DNA from: Alphaproteobacteria bacterium
GTDB taxonomy: Bacteria > Pseudomonadota > Alphaproteobacteria > MPNO01 > UBA830
DNA length: 64,000 bases
Assembly: GCA_965243135.1 (NCBI GenBank)
Contig: OZ251539.1
Coordinates: 5,216,001 to 5,280,000 of the forward strand
Direction: 5' to 3'
The translations under genes and the position numbers were made by a program. Under the pieces are notes generated by a model. That model was not told where the DNA came from. It ran no database searches and was given only the letters and a program-made list of their open reading frames with translations. Shown one piece after another: positions 30,922 through 41,423 of this stretch. Positions within the stretch are counted from its first letter, which is position 1; every line of letters starts with the position of its first letter.

Positions 30922-31759
30922 CGCAAATCAGGAATTCCGCAAGCTCTCGACTCGCTTGAGATATCTCGAACTGCTCGTTGGGCAAGCCATTCCGGCCGAT
31001 GATCTCCGACAACGGACGTCCCGGATTGTCGAATTGTCCGACGGACGTGATGATCGCCTTCATCCGTTTCGCCTCGTTGCCACGGACTGCGTCTCCGTCG
31101 CATGCGTTGTCCTCTATGTATTTCTTCGCCGCAGAAAATTTATTCGGCCAGACCGCCTCCACCATAGGCGCCACGTGCGTTTCCAAAGTTCCGGTTTTCC
31201 TCGGCTCGTTTCCGTCATGAAAGACGAAGCAACCGACCGGGACGCCATTTCCGGCTATCCATTTTCCGTGTTCCAGATCGGTCATGTCTCCAAAATGAGC
31301 GCTGTAATGTTGACGAAAAAAATGTAGCGTTTTCTCCAAACCATCGTCATCGGCATCAAACAAAAAAGCCGTGGCGTATTGGGTAATCTTAAAATCAGCT
31401 GTCTGCGGTCCCTCAAAAATTTCCTTGAGATTATCAAGAATTCCCATAACTCCATCGACTTTATCTCTTCCGTTAGTTCGAACCAATATGACGATAATAT
31501 TTAGATTTTCATTAGTTACGATTGATTGTACGACCGGGGAGGGAGGATTGACCGCGTCCCGGAGTTTAAGTTCCTCGATCGAGCTACGCTCGCACCAATA
31601 CTCGATAAGTCCTTTAGAAATAGTGTTGATGCGGCCGAATGGAGATGGAAGTTTCCCAACTGGGCAATCAAGGAAATTAAAATTCCGAATGGACCCCAAA
31701 CACCGTTGAGCAAATATTACGTCGTGACGACCTTCGCAAAAAACGAGAATGGATTTCAT
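30899..31759 (-). CDS. TOPRIM-like protein (DUF3226/DUF4435-like)
   Basis: N-terminal ILVFCEGRHD, central FLFDAD, GTLE; ATGA overlap with the upstream ATPase. Confidence 0.7.
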   Translation of the reverse strand: MKSILVFCEGRHDVIFAQRCLGSIRNFNFLDCPVGKLPSPFGRINTISKGLIEYWCERSSIEELKLRDAVNPPSPVVQSIVTNENLNIIVILVRTNGRDKVDGVMGILDNLKEIFEGPQTADFKITQYATAFLFDADDDGLEKTLHFFRQHYSAHFGDMTDLEHGKWIAGNGVPVGCFVFHDGNEPRKTGTLETHVAPMVEAVWPNKFSAAKKYIEDNACDGDAVRGNEAKRMKAIITSVGQFDNPGRPLSEIIGRNGLPNEQFEISQASRELAEFLICGKRSLVK

Positions 31760-33924
31760 CGAATGCCTCGCAGATCGAAGTCAACTATCTTGCGAAGTTC
31801 TGAAAATTTCTTTCCATCAAACCTCTCTATATCGACTCGATTCTCGCTGCGCCGAAGCACATAGCTGACGATGTCGTCGAGCCGATACTCGTTAATCACG
31901 GAAGAATCCACCATTTCCTTGCTGTGAGTGGAAAGAAATACCTGAACGTTGCACTGTATTGCAAGTTCGTGAACCATCCGGGTGAACTCGTTCAGCAACC
32001 TCACATGTATGGCATTTTCAAACTCGTCGACGAGCAAAACGCCGCCCCTCGCGCCGGCGCATAGAAGTCCGATTTCGAACACGCGCCGCATGCCGTCGCC
32101 AAACGACGACAGATCTCTCGCTTTCCCGTTGTCGTAGGTTACGAGAAAGCGGCCGGCGTCGTCCGACAGCTCGATGTTTTTGATATTCGGGTCGATGTGT
32201 TCTCTGATAAAGTCGACGACCCGTTCCTTGGTCCCTGATTCCAGGCTGTCCTCGTTATAGCGCGTGAGCAATTCTGCACGGTTGAACGGGCCGGCGAAGA
32301 CCGCGCGGCATACCCAGTGCCGGTCGCCCAGAAAACTGGTGCGCCGGGGACGCTCCGAAAAAAACGCCACATCGGAGCTTTGCTTTCGGCCGCCATAGTC
32401 GGATTCGATGAGGAGTCTGGAAAGGAAGGAGGTGTGATCCGATACGGCATCGCCGGGGTCTTCCGAGCGCGATATCCGGAGGTTCGTCCGATTCTCGTCG
32501 ACTTCGTCGAAAGTTCCGGAGATCCGCGCTTTCTGCGGAAGCTGTCGAGCGAGTCGGGAGGGATCCGGTTCCCTTTCCGCTCGATCCCGCCATCGGACGA
32601 CGTCCAGAAGACCCCGTTCGTCGTTCTGTCTCGTCAGCAAATATATCGCTTCAAGGATCGACGTTTTCCCCGCATTGTTGATTCCCACGATCAGGTTAAG
32701 TCTTCTTGTATTTTCAAGATCAAGATGGTTTATTACGCGATATTTCTCAATATGAATGGAGGAAAATTGCGATTGCGTGATTTCATTGAACGGCTTCCAA
32801 GGGAAGCGGTCTCCAGTTTCGGGCGGTTGACGTTTGCGCGCCAGCGAGACTCCCTGAAGGCGTCCGATCAGTTGATCCACGCGGTCAAGATCGTCAGGTT
32901 TGAGACCGCCGATCCGCGTATCAAGCTTCTGAAAACCGATATTGAAAGTCTCGAACGCTCTGTCGATTTCGTTTTTCATAAGCAGCGAGCTGGAAAGCGT
33001 GGCTTCCTGAAGGCTGCGGGTTTCGTCAAGACGTTTGAGAGCGGCCGGGTCTTCGATGATCTTGGAAAGTTCCCGAATGTGACCCACAGTGGTAATGACG
33101 GGAGAAAGAGCGCTATCCTCGTCATCCCTTTCTTCCTGCGACATCCACAGAAACAAGCGTTCCAGACGATCCGCTTTCGAGGCGGCGCATGTTTCGTTGC
33201 TCCAACCGAGCCATTCGCGTAGCGGCGGATTGCCAAGTATTTCTCTGAAGAGATTATACTGATCCGATTGGAACTGGTCGCCATAGTCGCTGTCTTTATA
33301 GGAATTCACCAAGGCGAGCGTGCGTAACGAATGATTGAATTCGCGCTTGCTGATGCCTAGGGATCGACATACTGCGTCTGTGTCGCCATCAAAATACCCG
33401 TTCAGTTTTTTGATTGCCTCGGCGCGATTTACGGCCGGCCAGCGTTGTTTTCCGGTGATGTGGTGAAGACCCATCATCACGAGGGATTGAGCGGGGTCGG
33501 CGTTGCTATAACGGACGACCGGAACTTTGGAGAACAAGGCGCTGTCCAATTTGCCCAGATCTATGGCGTCCTCTTCGTATCGGCGTTGAAGATACTTGAG
33601 GGTGGCCACGCGTCGATTGCCTTCGACGACGATATATCGCGCTTTTTCCTTATCCTGAACGAGAACGGGATCGATTTCGAGCCAGCCGTTTTCCTTTATG
33701 CTGGCGATCAAATCCTGCACGTTCTGTTGGGATCTCCCGAGGATGAAGGCGGTGGTGCGCCGTTGCACGTCCGCGTTGAAAGCGTCTTCCGGCGCAACGT
33801 GCTTGTATTCGGGAAGGTCTATGAACCGAAAATTATTCGGGTCCAGATACAGGCGCGAAAGAGCCGCCGTTCTCCGACTGCTCGATTGTTCGACGTGCGG
33901 TTGTTCAAGGCGGTCTTCGTTCAT
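31756..33924 (-). CDS. Fusion of a ParB/Srx-like N-terminal domain and an ABC-type ATPase (AAA_15/AAA_21-like)
   Basis: LYLDPNNFRF and YIVVEGNRRVATLK (ParB-like); Walker A GINNAGKT, signature FGDGMRR, Walker B LLVDEFEN, H-loop STHS; start taken at MNEDRL. Confidence 0.8.
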   Translation of the reverse strand: MNEDRLEQPHVEQSSSRRTAALSRLYLDPNNFRFIDLPEYKHVAPEDAFNADVQRRTTAFILGRSQQNVQDLIASIKENGWLEIDPVLVQDKEKARYIVVEGNRRVATLKYLQRRYEEDAIDLGKLDSALFSKVPVVRYSNADPAQSLVMMGLHHITGKQRWPAVNRAEAIKKLNGYFDGDTDAVCRSLGISKREFNHSLRTLALVNSYKDSDYGDQFQSDQYNLFREILGNPPLREWLGWSNETCAASKADRLERLFLWMSQEERDDEDSALSPVITTVGHIRELSKIIEDPAALKRLDETRSLQEATLSSSLLMKNEIDRAFETFNIGFQKLDTRIGGLKPDDLDRVDQLIGRLQGVSLARKRQPPETGDRFPWKPFNEITQSQFSSIHIEKYRVINHLDLENTRRLNLIVGINNAGKTSILEAIYLLTRQNDERGLLDVVRWRDRAEREPDPSRLARQLPQKARISGTFDEVDENRTNLRISRSEDPGDAVSDHTSFLSRLLIESDYGGRKQSSDVAFFSERPRRTSFLGDRHWVCRAVFAGPFNRAELLTRYNEDSLESGTKERVVDFIREHIDPNIKNIELSDDAGRFLVTYDNGKARDLSSFGDGMRRVFEIGLLCAGARGGVLLVDEFENAIHVRLLNEFTRMVHELAIQCNVQVFLSTHSKEMVDSSVINEYRLDDIVSYVLRRSENRVDIERFDGKKFSELRKIVDFDLRGIR

Positions 33925-33980
33925 GGATTGCCTCGGCGCTGCGGATCGCAGCATTTCGTGCATGACATGCCCGAAATCTA

Positions 33981-34965
33981 ATGCGCCGGCACCAGAAGCG
34001 CAATTGCCGGCTGTGCGCGCTGCCGCGGCGAACCCGCCCCGAAAGTTTTCCCGCTGGTCGAGATTTCTCCGGTTTGGGGCCTGCGGAAAGGCGGCGGGAA
34101 CGACTGCCCAATGGCAAAAGTCGGCACGGGCTTGTTCCGGCGCGTCGGCGGCCTCCCGGTTCCTGCCGCTGCCGCCTGACGCCGAGGTCGCCCGGCGCTT
34201 GCCGGACGCGCCGGTTGTCCACGGCGACGAGATGGGGTGGGCGGGCGAGGAGGACGAAGGCAACGCGCTTGCCTAGGGCCGGCCAGTCGGAGAACGCGGT
34301 CCCTCCGGCCGTCGCGAAAGGCCGCCTCGCGCCGTTCGGAGGGCTCGGCTCGCCCGAGCGAGTCTGCGATCGTCGCTCGGCCCGCCGGAAACTGGCGCGC
34401 GTCATGGAAGGGCGAATCGTTCGTGCATATTTTTGGGCTATGTTGCGGCTGGTTCATGCTTGGCGTGACCAACCTTGGAAACGGTTAACTCGCACCAGTC
34501 GCCGAAAAATGGATACTTGCTGCGCTGTCCCGGATGCTTGGCGCCTTGCGCATCCGGGCAACGCGACCGCCCGGCGACGGCTCGCAGGGGCTGTCGAGGC
34601 GTTCTTCGCGAAGGCGGGATAGGAGCGAGACAGCAGGGCAGACCGCGATTCGCGCGCCCGGACTCCCCGCTGCGTCGCCGCAGCGGCCTGGCGGTGCGCC
34701 TCGACAACCCGGCCGTCCCCAACAACGCCGCCGAACGCGGCTTGCGCGGCGTCAGTCGGAAGTTCTCGTTCGGAAGCGTGAACGGGGCGCGGTTGGCAGG
34801 CGCGCTCCGTTTTGTCTTCGGCATGTTGACTGGCCCGTACCGCCGGCTGCCCGGCGACCTCCGTGCCCGTCGCCGCGGTCCGCCGCCTGAAGACCCGGCC
34901 GCCTGGTTGCCGCCTGACGCCGACGGGCAGCGCCTCCGTTCCCGGGCTCCCTCTCTTCCCCAGGG
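33981..34965 (+). pseudogene. IS66-family transposase remnant
   Basis: Fragments PVVHGDEMGW, VCDR.SARRKL and NNAAERGLRG..RKFSFGS...GA across several frames; homologous to about 30060-30800 in inverted orientation. Confidence 0.7.
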
Positions 34966-34968
34966 GCC

Positions 34969-35847
34969 ATGAGTAGCGCCCCTTGCCGCTACTGCGGCCG
35001 CGACTTCTCCGAATCCGAGATCGGCATGATCCGCGCTCTGATCGCGAGGCGCGACCCGGCGCTCCACCGCCGGGCGTTGTCGCAGGAGGTTTGCCGACGC
35101 CTCGACTGGCGCAAGCCCGATGGCGGTCTCAAGGACATGAGCGCCCGCGTCGCCATGCTGCGCATGCACCGCGACGGCTTGATCGTCCTGCCGCCGCGGC
35201 GGCGGGCTCCCATTGTTCGCCGTCCGATCGTACCCGGTCCTGCCACCGACCCGCCCCTGTTCCCGATCCCGGAGCGTCTCGCCGAAATCCGGCCCGTGCT
35301 CGTGGAACCGATCCGGAACTCCGCGGAAGGCCGCATCTGGAACGAGTTTGTCGCTCGCTATCATTACCTCGGTTACTCGACCCTGCCCGGCGCGCAGATG
35401 CGCTACCTCGCCCGCGCCGCCGGCGGCGAGCCTCTCGCCGTTCTCGGCTTCGGCGCCGCAGCCTGGAAAATCGCGCCGCGGGACAAGCTCGTCGGATGGA
35501 CCCCCGAGACTCGTCGTCGCAACCTGCCCCTGGTTGTCAACAACGCGAGATTCCTGATCCTGCCTTGGGTCCGGATCAATAACCTCGCGTCCCATATCCT
35601 CGCTCTGATCGAACGCCGCCTGCCCGACGACTGGGAGAAGCGCTACGCGCTGCGCCCGGTCCTGCTTGAAACCTTCTGCGAATCCCCGAGGTTCGAGGGG
35701 ATCTGCTACCGCGCCGCCAACTGGATGAAGGTCGGCATGACCCAGGGTCGCGGCAAGCTCGACGTTCGGAAGGAACGCGCCCTGCCGGTCAAGGACATCT
35801 GGCTGAAACCCCTGCACCGCGACTGGAAACGGCTTCTCAACGAATAG
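34969..35847 (+). CDS. DUF4338 (DruA-like) protein, intact, IS66-associated
   Basis: RYCGRDF, WNEFVARYHYLG, VNNARFLILPW, NLAS, LLETF, YRAANW and TQGRGK motifs; degenerate IS end at 35859-35873. Confidence 0.85.
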   Translation: MSSAPCRYCGRDFSESEIGMIRALIARRDPALHRRALSQEVCRRLDWRKPDGGLKDMSARVAMLRMHRDGLIVLPPRRRAPIVRRPIVPGPATDPPLFPIPERLAEIRPVLVEPIRNSAEGRIWNEFVARYHYLGYSTLPGAQMRYLARAAGGEPLAVLGFGAAAWKIAPRDKLVGWTPETRRRNLPLVVNNARFLILPWVRINNLASHILALIERRLPDDWEKRYALRPVLLETFCESPRFEGICYRAANWMKVGMTQGRGKLDVRKERALPVKDIWLKPLHRDWKRLLNE

Positions 35848-36236
35848 TCGCCGCCCCGCAAGCGAACGCTCGCGTCCGATGGGGCCCTCTTCTCGTTGCC
35901 GTCCGCGGAACGCCGGACAAGGAAGCCGCGGAAAGACGGGAAAGCCGGCGCGGCCTTCGACGCGGGCGGATCGTTTCCCGGGACGGCGCCGAGCGGTTGT
36001 CCAGGCTTCGCCAGGCTGCGCAGGTCGATCGCTCGGGAAGCGCGCGGGCTCGCGGCGATTTCAGGGACGAGGCGCGGGCTCGCTGCGCCGGGCGGCGAGG
36101 ATTTCGCGTTGCGCGGACGCCGCTCCATGCGGGATCGGGCGGCCGCGCCGCGAAGGGACGCCGGGCCGGCTGGCGGATTTTCGGACGTCCGTCGGCGAGC
36201 GTTCGGCAGTCGGCGATGACCGGCGGCGCGACAGGA

Positions 36237-36265
36237 TTGCCTTTCGCGTTCGGGCGGATTATATT
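36237..36265 (+). promoter_or_regulatory. Sigma70 promoter of the tRNA
   Basis: TTGCCT-17 bp-TATATT, 12 bp upstream of the tRNA. Confidence 0.65.
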
Positions 36266-36277
36266 GCCGTCTCTCGT

Positions 36278-36354
36278 GCGCCCGTAGCTCAACTGGATAG
36301 AGTACCTGACTACGGATCAGGGGGTTGGGGGTTCGAATCCTCCCGGGCGCGCCA
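36278..36354 (+). tRNA. tRNA-Arg(ACG)
   Basis: 77-nt cloverleaf GCGCCCG...CGGGCGC GCCA; anticodon arm CCTGA-CTACGGA-TCAGG; GTTCGAATC T-loop. Confidence 0.97.
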
Positions 36355-36772
36355 CGACGCCTCGTCGGCGCGTCGTCATCCGCTTTCCATGAAAATGTCC
36401 GGACGCCGGACTTTCCCTGCGTCCGAGGCGGCCCGGTGCCGACGGCGGTCGGACAAACGCGGACCTTGAAGTGGGCTCTTAGCGCGCTGTCTGGCGGTCA
36501 GGTTCGACGCGCGAGGCTCGGGCCGGGCGCTGGCGGTTCCCTGTTTCCGGCCGCGCGACCGGACGTCGATAGAGGCGGCGGTCGGCCAGGCCCTGTCGCC
36601 GCCGGTCGAGGGCGATGCCCGACCTGGACGGGGCGGGCGCTCGCAAAAACGGCTTCTTCAAGCCGCCCATCATCAAGCAACGTTTGGACACCTCCAGCCC
36701 TGCGGGCCGGTCTCGCATCCGTCCAGGCTCGGGTTGCGTAGTATATTGGTTCAATCCCTATAGGAGACTGTC

Positions 36773-37951
36773 ATGCCCGGCCGCCATTTCCGAATATGGG
36801 ACGCTCGGTTCGCCCGTATCCTGCCGTCCGACAAGGTTCGCGTCCTCTCCAGGGTCGACGCGCGCTGCGCCAGTATCCGTCGCGTTGTCCGCGCCAGCTT
36901 CGCGGGCCGCGGCGAACCGGTTCGCCGCGGCCCGGGCCGCAAGGCGCGGCGGAGTCTCGCGGGTCGGACCGTTCCCCTGGCCGTCGCGCTGGTTTCGCTG
37001 GCGGCCGTCGCCGCGCGCGCCGCCGACTTCAAGCCGGCCGTGATCTACGGCAACAAGTCCGACAGGTCGTTCAACGAAGCCGTCTACAACGGCGCGCAGC
37101 GCTTCGCCGAGGAAACCGGCATCGCGGTGATGGAGTTCCAGGTCGCCAACGAGGCGCAGCGCCGGAGCGGGATGGAACTCCTGATCCAGCGCGGCGCGAC
37201 GGCCCTGCTGGCGGCGGGATTCCCCTATGCCGACGCCATCGACGGGGCGGCGGAAAACAATCCGGACGTGCTGTTCGGAATCATCGACGCGTTCTGGCTC
37301 GACCGGCCGAACCTGCGCCAATACTCGTTCAAGGAGCACGAAGGCAGCTACCTCGTCGGCGTCGCGGCGGCGACGAAGTCGCGAAGCGGCATCGTGGGCT
37401 TCGTCGGCGGGATGGACTCGCCGCTCATCCGCAAGTTCGCTTGCGGCTACGTCCAGGGCGTCAAATCGGTCGGCCCCGACGTCGCGGTCCTGCAAGACAT
37501 GACCGGCGCTACCCGCGCCGCCTGGAACGATCCGGCAAAGGGCGGCGAGTTGGCGAGAAGCCAGATCGGCCGCGGCGCCGACGTCGTCTACCACGCGGCC
37601 GGAGCCACTGGCCTCGGGGTGATCGAGGCGGCGGCGGACGCCGGCAAACTGGCCATCGGCGTCGACACGAACCAGAACCGCCTCGCGCCGGGCAAGGTGC
37701 TGACGTCCATGGTGAAGCGGGTCGATATCGCCGCCTACCGGTTCTTCAAGGACGTCCTTGAAGGCCGCTTCTCGGCCGGCGTCGAGCGGCTGGGGCTCGC
37801 CGAGGGCGGCGTGGACTGGGCCGTCGACGAGCACAACAGAGCGCTGGTCGCCGGCGAGATCGAGGCCGCGGTCGCCGCGGCGCGCGAAGCGATCGTTTCC
37901 GGCCGGATTGCGGTGCACGACTACCAGGACGACTCCTTGTGTCCGTATTGA
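36773..37951 (+). CDS. BMP family ABC substrate-binding protein (true start probably downstream)
   Basis: DRSFNE, FKEHEGSYLVG, GFVGGM, AIGVD and TSMVKRVD motifs. Confidence 0.88.
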   Translation: MPGRHFRIWDARFARILPSDKVRVLSRVDARCASIRRVVRASFAGRGEPVRRGPGRKARRSLAGRTVPLAVALVSLAAVAARAADFKPAVIYGNKSDRSFNEAVYNGAQRFAEETGIAVMEFQVANEAQRRSGMELLIQRGATALLAAGFPYADAIDGAAENNPDVLFGIIDAFWLDRPNLRQYSFKEHEGSYLVGVAAATKSRSGIVGFVGGMDSPLIRKFACGYVQGVKSVGPDVAVLQDMTGATRAAWNDPAKGGELARSQIGRGADVVYHAAGATGLGVIEAAADAGKLAIGVDTNQNRLAPGKVLTSMVKRVDIAAYRFFKDVLEGRFSAGVERLGLAEGGVDWAVDEHNRALVAGEIEAAVAAAREAIVSGRIAVHDYQDDSLCPY

Positions 37952-38123
37952 ACGGGGACGGCGACGCGAAGGAACGGCCGCGCTCCGGCGGAAGCCGAGC
38001 GAAGAGCCGGACGTTCGCAGGGCGGGGCGAGCGGAAATCGACCCGGCGGCGGTCGCGCGATTCGGCACGCGGCGCGGCGCGTGGACGACCGAGCGCGGCG
38101 GAACGGGGCCGCGCGCTCCTGAC

Positions 38124-38987
38124 TTAGACGTCGAACGCGAACGCTTCGCCGCGCGCGACGATGCGTCCGGCGGACGGCGCCGGAAAATGAGCCGGCATGA
38201 CCAGCGCGCCGCTTTCGGCATGGCGTTCGAGGAAGGCGCGGCGGGTGCGGCGGGACTGTTCCCGGTCGACGCAGAAGCAGCTGCTCAACTGCGGTTCGGC
38301 GCATTGCAGCGGGTGATGCATCAGATCTCCGCTCATGACGGCCTCCGTGCCGCCGCTGCGGATTCGCACGTTCACGTGGCCGGGCGTGTGTCCCGGCGAG
38401 GGTTCGAGCCGCACCCACGAGTCGATCTCGTGATCGTCCCGCACGAACTCCGCCATTCCCGCCGCGATTACCGGCAGGATCGCGTCCTCGTGATACGGGT
38501 CCTCGGCGAAGCGTTCCGTTTCCCGCTCCCAGTATTCCCATTCCCGGCGGCCGAACAGATAGCGGGCGTTCGGAAAAGTCGGAATCCAGCGCCCGTCGAG
38601 CAGCCGCGTGTTCCAGCCGACGTGATCGACGTGCAGATGGGTGCAGACCACGTAGTCGACCGCGTCGGGCGCTATGCCGACGCGGCGGAGGTTCTCGAGA
38701 TAGGGCCAGGATTTACGATGGTAGCGCCGCTTGCGCGGCCGCTCCCGGTCGTTGCCGCTGCAGGTATCGACGAGGACGACGTGCCGCGGCGTGGTGACGA
38801 CGAAACTGTGGAAGGCGAGCACGAGAAGACCGGTCGCCGGATCGAGGAGCCGCGGCTCGAGCCAAGGGCGATGCCGCGAGACCAGATCCGGATCCGCGTC
38901 GGGGAACAGGGTTTCGGGGAGCAGGAGGGGTTTCTCGAATTCGAGAACCCGGTCGATCCGCACTTCGCCCAAACGCCACCCGTTCAC
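38124..38987 (-). CDS. MBL-fold metallo-hydrolase
   Basis: THLHVDHVGWN, PGHTPGH, GDLMH and PAHF motifs; GTG start with GAGAGG SD. Confidence 0.9.
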   Translation of the reverse strand: MNGWRLGEVRIDRVLEFEKPLLLPETLFPDADPDLVSRHRPWLEPRLLDPATGLLVLAFHSFVVTTPRHVVLVDTCSGNDRERPRKRRYHRKSWPYLENLRRVGIAPDAVDYVVCTHLHVDHVGWNTRLLDGRWIPTFPNARYLFGRREWEYWERETERFAEDPYHEDAILPVIAAGMAEFVRDDHEIDSWVRLEPSPGHTPGHVNVRIRSGGTEAVMSGDLMHHPLQCAEPQLSSCFCVDREQSRRTRRAFLERHAESGALVMPAHFPAPSAGRIVARGEAFAFDV

Positions 38988-39385
38988 GATCCTGCCTCTC
39001 GTTGCCGTGCGGGTTTCCGGTCGGTCGCGACGGCCGGCCGCCGGAGGGACGCGACCCCTGTCCGTCGGCGGCGAACGAACGGCGGGGCCGGCCGCCGCTT
39101 CCCGCCGCGAAGTCCGCGCAAGCCTGACGGTTCGGCGAAAACGATGCAACCTGCCGCGCGGCAGACGCGGTCCCTGAACGCCCGGAACGTCGGCAGCGGC
39201 CGCTCGCGCCTTCGCGGCGCCCATGCCGTTCGCCGCGTCGATAGGGCGCCTGCCGCGCCTCCCCGGCTCCGTTCTTCGCGCGGTTCCGGGAAGGCGCGTC
39301 GGCGCGGAATTAGGGTTGCAATGTTTGCGGCTTTCATCCTATGTACGGCCGCGTTGAAATCTGAGGACGAAGGGAGACAACGGAC

Positions 39386-40564
39386 ATGAGAACGCTAGCT
39401 GCGCTCGTCGCTTCTTGCCTTGCCCTGGCGCCTGCGGCCCAGGCCAAGGACATCAAGATCGGCGTGATTTTCGGATTCACGGGACCGATCGAATCGCTCA
39501 CGCCTCCGATGGCGGACGCCGTGGACATGGCCTTCGAGGAAATCTCCGGCAAGGTTCTCGGCGGAGACACGCTGGTCGCGGTTCGCGCCGATTCGACTTG
39601 CGTCGACTCCGCCGCGGCCTCGACCGCCGCCGAGCGCCTGGTGACCGCGGACGGGGTGGCGGCGATCGTCGGAGCGGACTGTTCGGGCGTGACCATCGCG
39701 ATCACGAACAACGTCGCGGTGCCCAACGGCGTGCCGATCATTTCGCCGTCGGCGACGTCGCCTGCGCTGTCGACCATAAAGGACAACGGCCTCTTTTTCC
39801 GCACGTCGCCTTCCGACGCCCGGCAGGGCGAGGTTCTGGCCGGCGTCCTCAAAAAGAGGGGCGTCGACAGCGTGGCGGTGACCTATACCAACAACGACTA
39901 CGGAAAGGGTCTCGCGGAAAGCTTCGGCAACGCCTACAAGGCGATGGGCGGCAAGGTCGAGATTCAGGCCGCTCACGAGGACGGCAAGGGCGACTACGGA
40001 GCCGAGGTCGGTGCGCTCGCGGCGTCGGGAGCCGAGCATCTGGCCGTCTTCGGCTACCTCGATCAGGGCGGCAAGGGCATCATCCAGACCGCGCTGGACC
40101 GGGGCGCGTTCGACAAGTTCATCCTCGCGGACGGCATGATCGGGGAATCCCTGACCAAGAGCATCGGCGCGGATCTGAACGGCGCGTTCGGCACCGTGCC
40201 GGGCTCCGATTCTCCGGGCGCCGCGACCTTCGCGAAACTCGCCGAGTCCATGGGCAAGAAAACCGGGCCTTTCGTGGGCGAGTCCTACGACGCCGCGGCC
40301 CTGATCGCGCTGGCGATACAGGCCGCCAAGTCGGCCGACCGCGCCGCCATTCAGTCGAAGATCATGTCGGTCGCGAACGCGCCGGGCGAAAAGATCATGC
40401 CGGGCGAACTCGCCAAGGGCTTGAAGATTCTCGCCTCGGGGGGCGACGTCGACTACGTGGGCGCGACGGACGTCGAGTTGAACAAGGTCGGCGAGGTTTC
40501 CGGGGTGTACCGCGAGGTCGAGGTCAAGAACCAGAAGTTCGAGACAGTCACCCACCACCGGTAG
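39386..40564 (+). CDS. Branched-chain amino acid-type ABC substrate-binding protein
   Basis: Signal peptide; ISPSATSP, FFRT.PSD, NNDYG and YDAA motifs. Confidence 0.9.
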   Translation: MRTLAALVASCLALAPAAQAKDIKIGVIFGFTGPIESLTPPMADAVDMAFEEISGKVLGGDTLVAVRADSTCVDSAAASTAAERLVTADGVAAIVGADCSGVTIAITNNVAVPNGVPIISPSATSPALSTIKDNGLFFRTSPSDARQGEVLAGVLKKRGVDSVAVTYTNNDYGKGLAESFGNAYKAMGGKVEIQAAHEDGKGDYGAEVGALAASGAEHLAVFGYLDQGGKGIIQTALDRGAFDKFILADGMIGESLTKSIGADLNGAFGTVPGSDSPGAATFAKLAESMGKKTGPFVGESYDAAALIALAIQAAKSADRAAIQSKIMSVANAPGEKIMPGELAKGLKILASGGDVDYVGATDVELNKVGEVSGVYREVEVKNQKFETVTHHR

Positions 40565-40598
40565 AACCGCTCCTCGCGGCGCCGCCCCGGCGCGTTTC

Positions 40599-41423
40599 AT
40601 GGTGCGGACGGCCTCTCGGGAGTCCGCGCCTGCCGGGGCGGCTCGCGCCGCGGTCCGCGTCGTAGACGTACGCAAGAGTTTCGGCGGCCTGCGGGCCGTC
40701 GACGGCGTTTCCCTCGAAATCGAGAAGGGCGCGATCACCGGGCTCATCGGTCCGAACGGCGCCGGGAAGACGACCCTGTTCAACGTCGTCTGCGGCGCCC
40801 TCGAACCGACCCGGGGGCAGGTGTTCCTCGAAGACCGCGAAATCACGGGCCTGCCGCCTCACGAGCTGTTCCGCCTGGGGGTGTTGCGCACTTTCCAGAT
40901 CGCCCGGGAATTCCCGACGCTTTCCGTTCTCGAAAACCTGATGATGGTTCCCGGCGGCCAGTCCGGGGAGAATCTGCTCTCCGCCTGGTTCCGCCGCCGG
41001 GAAATCCGCGACCAGGAAGCGGCCGTCCGCGGCAAGGCGATGGAAGTCGCCGAGTTCCTCAACCTCGCCGGCCTCGCGGACGAGCCGGCCGGGAATCTTT
41101 CCGGCGGACAAAAGAAACTGCTCGAACTCGGCCGCACGATGATGGTCGACGCCAAGGTCGTGTTCCTGGACGAGGTGGGAGCGGGCATCAACCGCGCGCT
41201 GCTGTCCATGATCGTCTCTTCCATCCGCCGTATGAACAGGGAGTTCGGATACACGTTCTGCCTGATCGAACACGACATGGAGTTCATCAATCGCCTTTGC
41301 GATCATGTCGTGGTGATGGCCGAGGGCGCGATCCTCACGGAAGGCACCGCCGAACGGGTTCTCACGGACCGGCGCGTGATCTCCGCCTATCTCGGCTCCG
41401 GGCGGCAGGAGCGGCAACAGTGA
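40599..41423 (+). CDS. livG: LivG-like ABC ATPase
   Basis: GPNGAGKTT, LSGGQ, FLDE, IEHDM and AYLG motifs. Confidence 0.9.
   Translation: MVRTASRESAPAGAARAAVRVVDVRKSFGGLRAVDGVSLEIEKGAITGLIGPNGAGKTTLFNVVCGALEPTRGQVFLEDREITGLPPHELFRLGVLRTFQIAREFPTLSVLENLMMVPGGQSGENLLSAWFRRREIRDQEAAVRGKAMEVAEFLNLAGLADEPAGNLSGGQKKLLELGRTMMVDAKVVFLDEVGAGINRALLSMIVSSIRRMNREFGYTFCLIEHDMEFINRLCDHVVVMAEGAILTEGTAERVLTDRRVISAYLGSGRQERQQ

Noticed and set aside
34969-35847. A Druantia defence system
   Set aside because: No DruE helicase or other dru genes; the DUF4338 copies are tied to IS66 remnants and ends
36278-36354. tRNA as the integrase attachment site of the island
   Set aside because: The island lies on the 5' side, and no integrase or duplicated tRNA 3' end was seen
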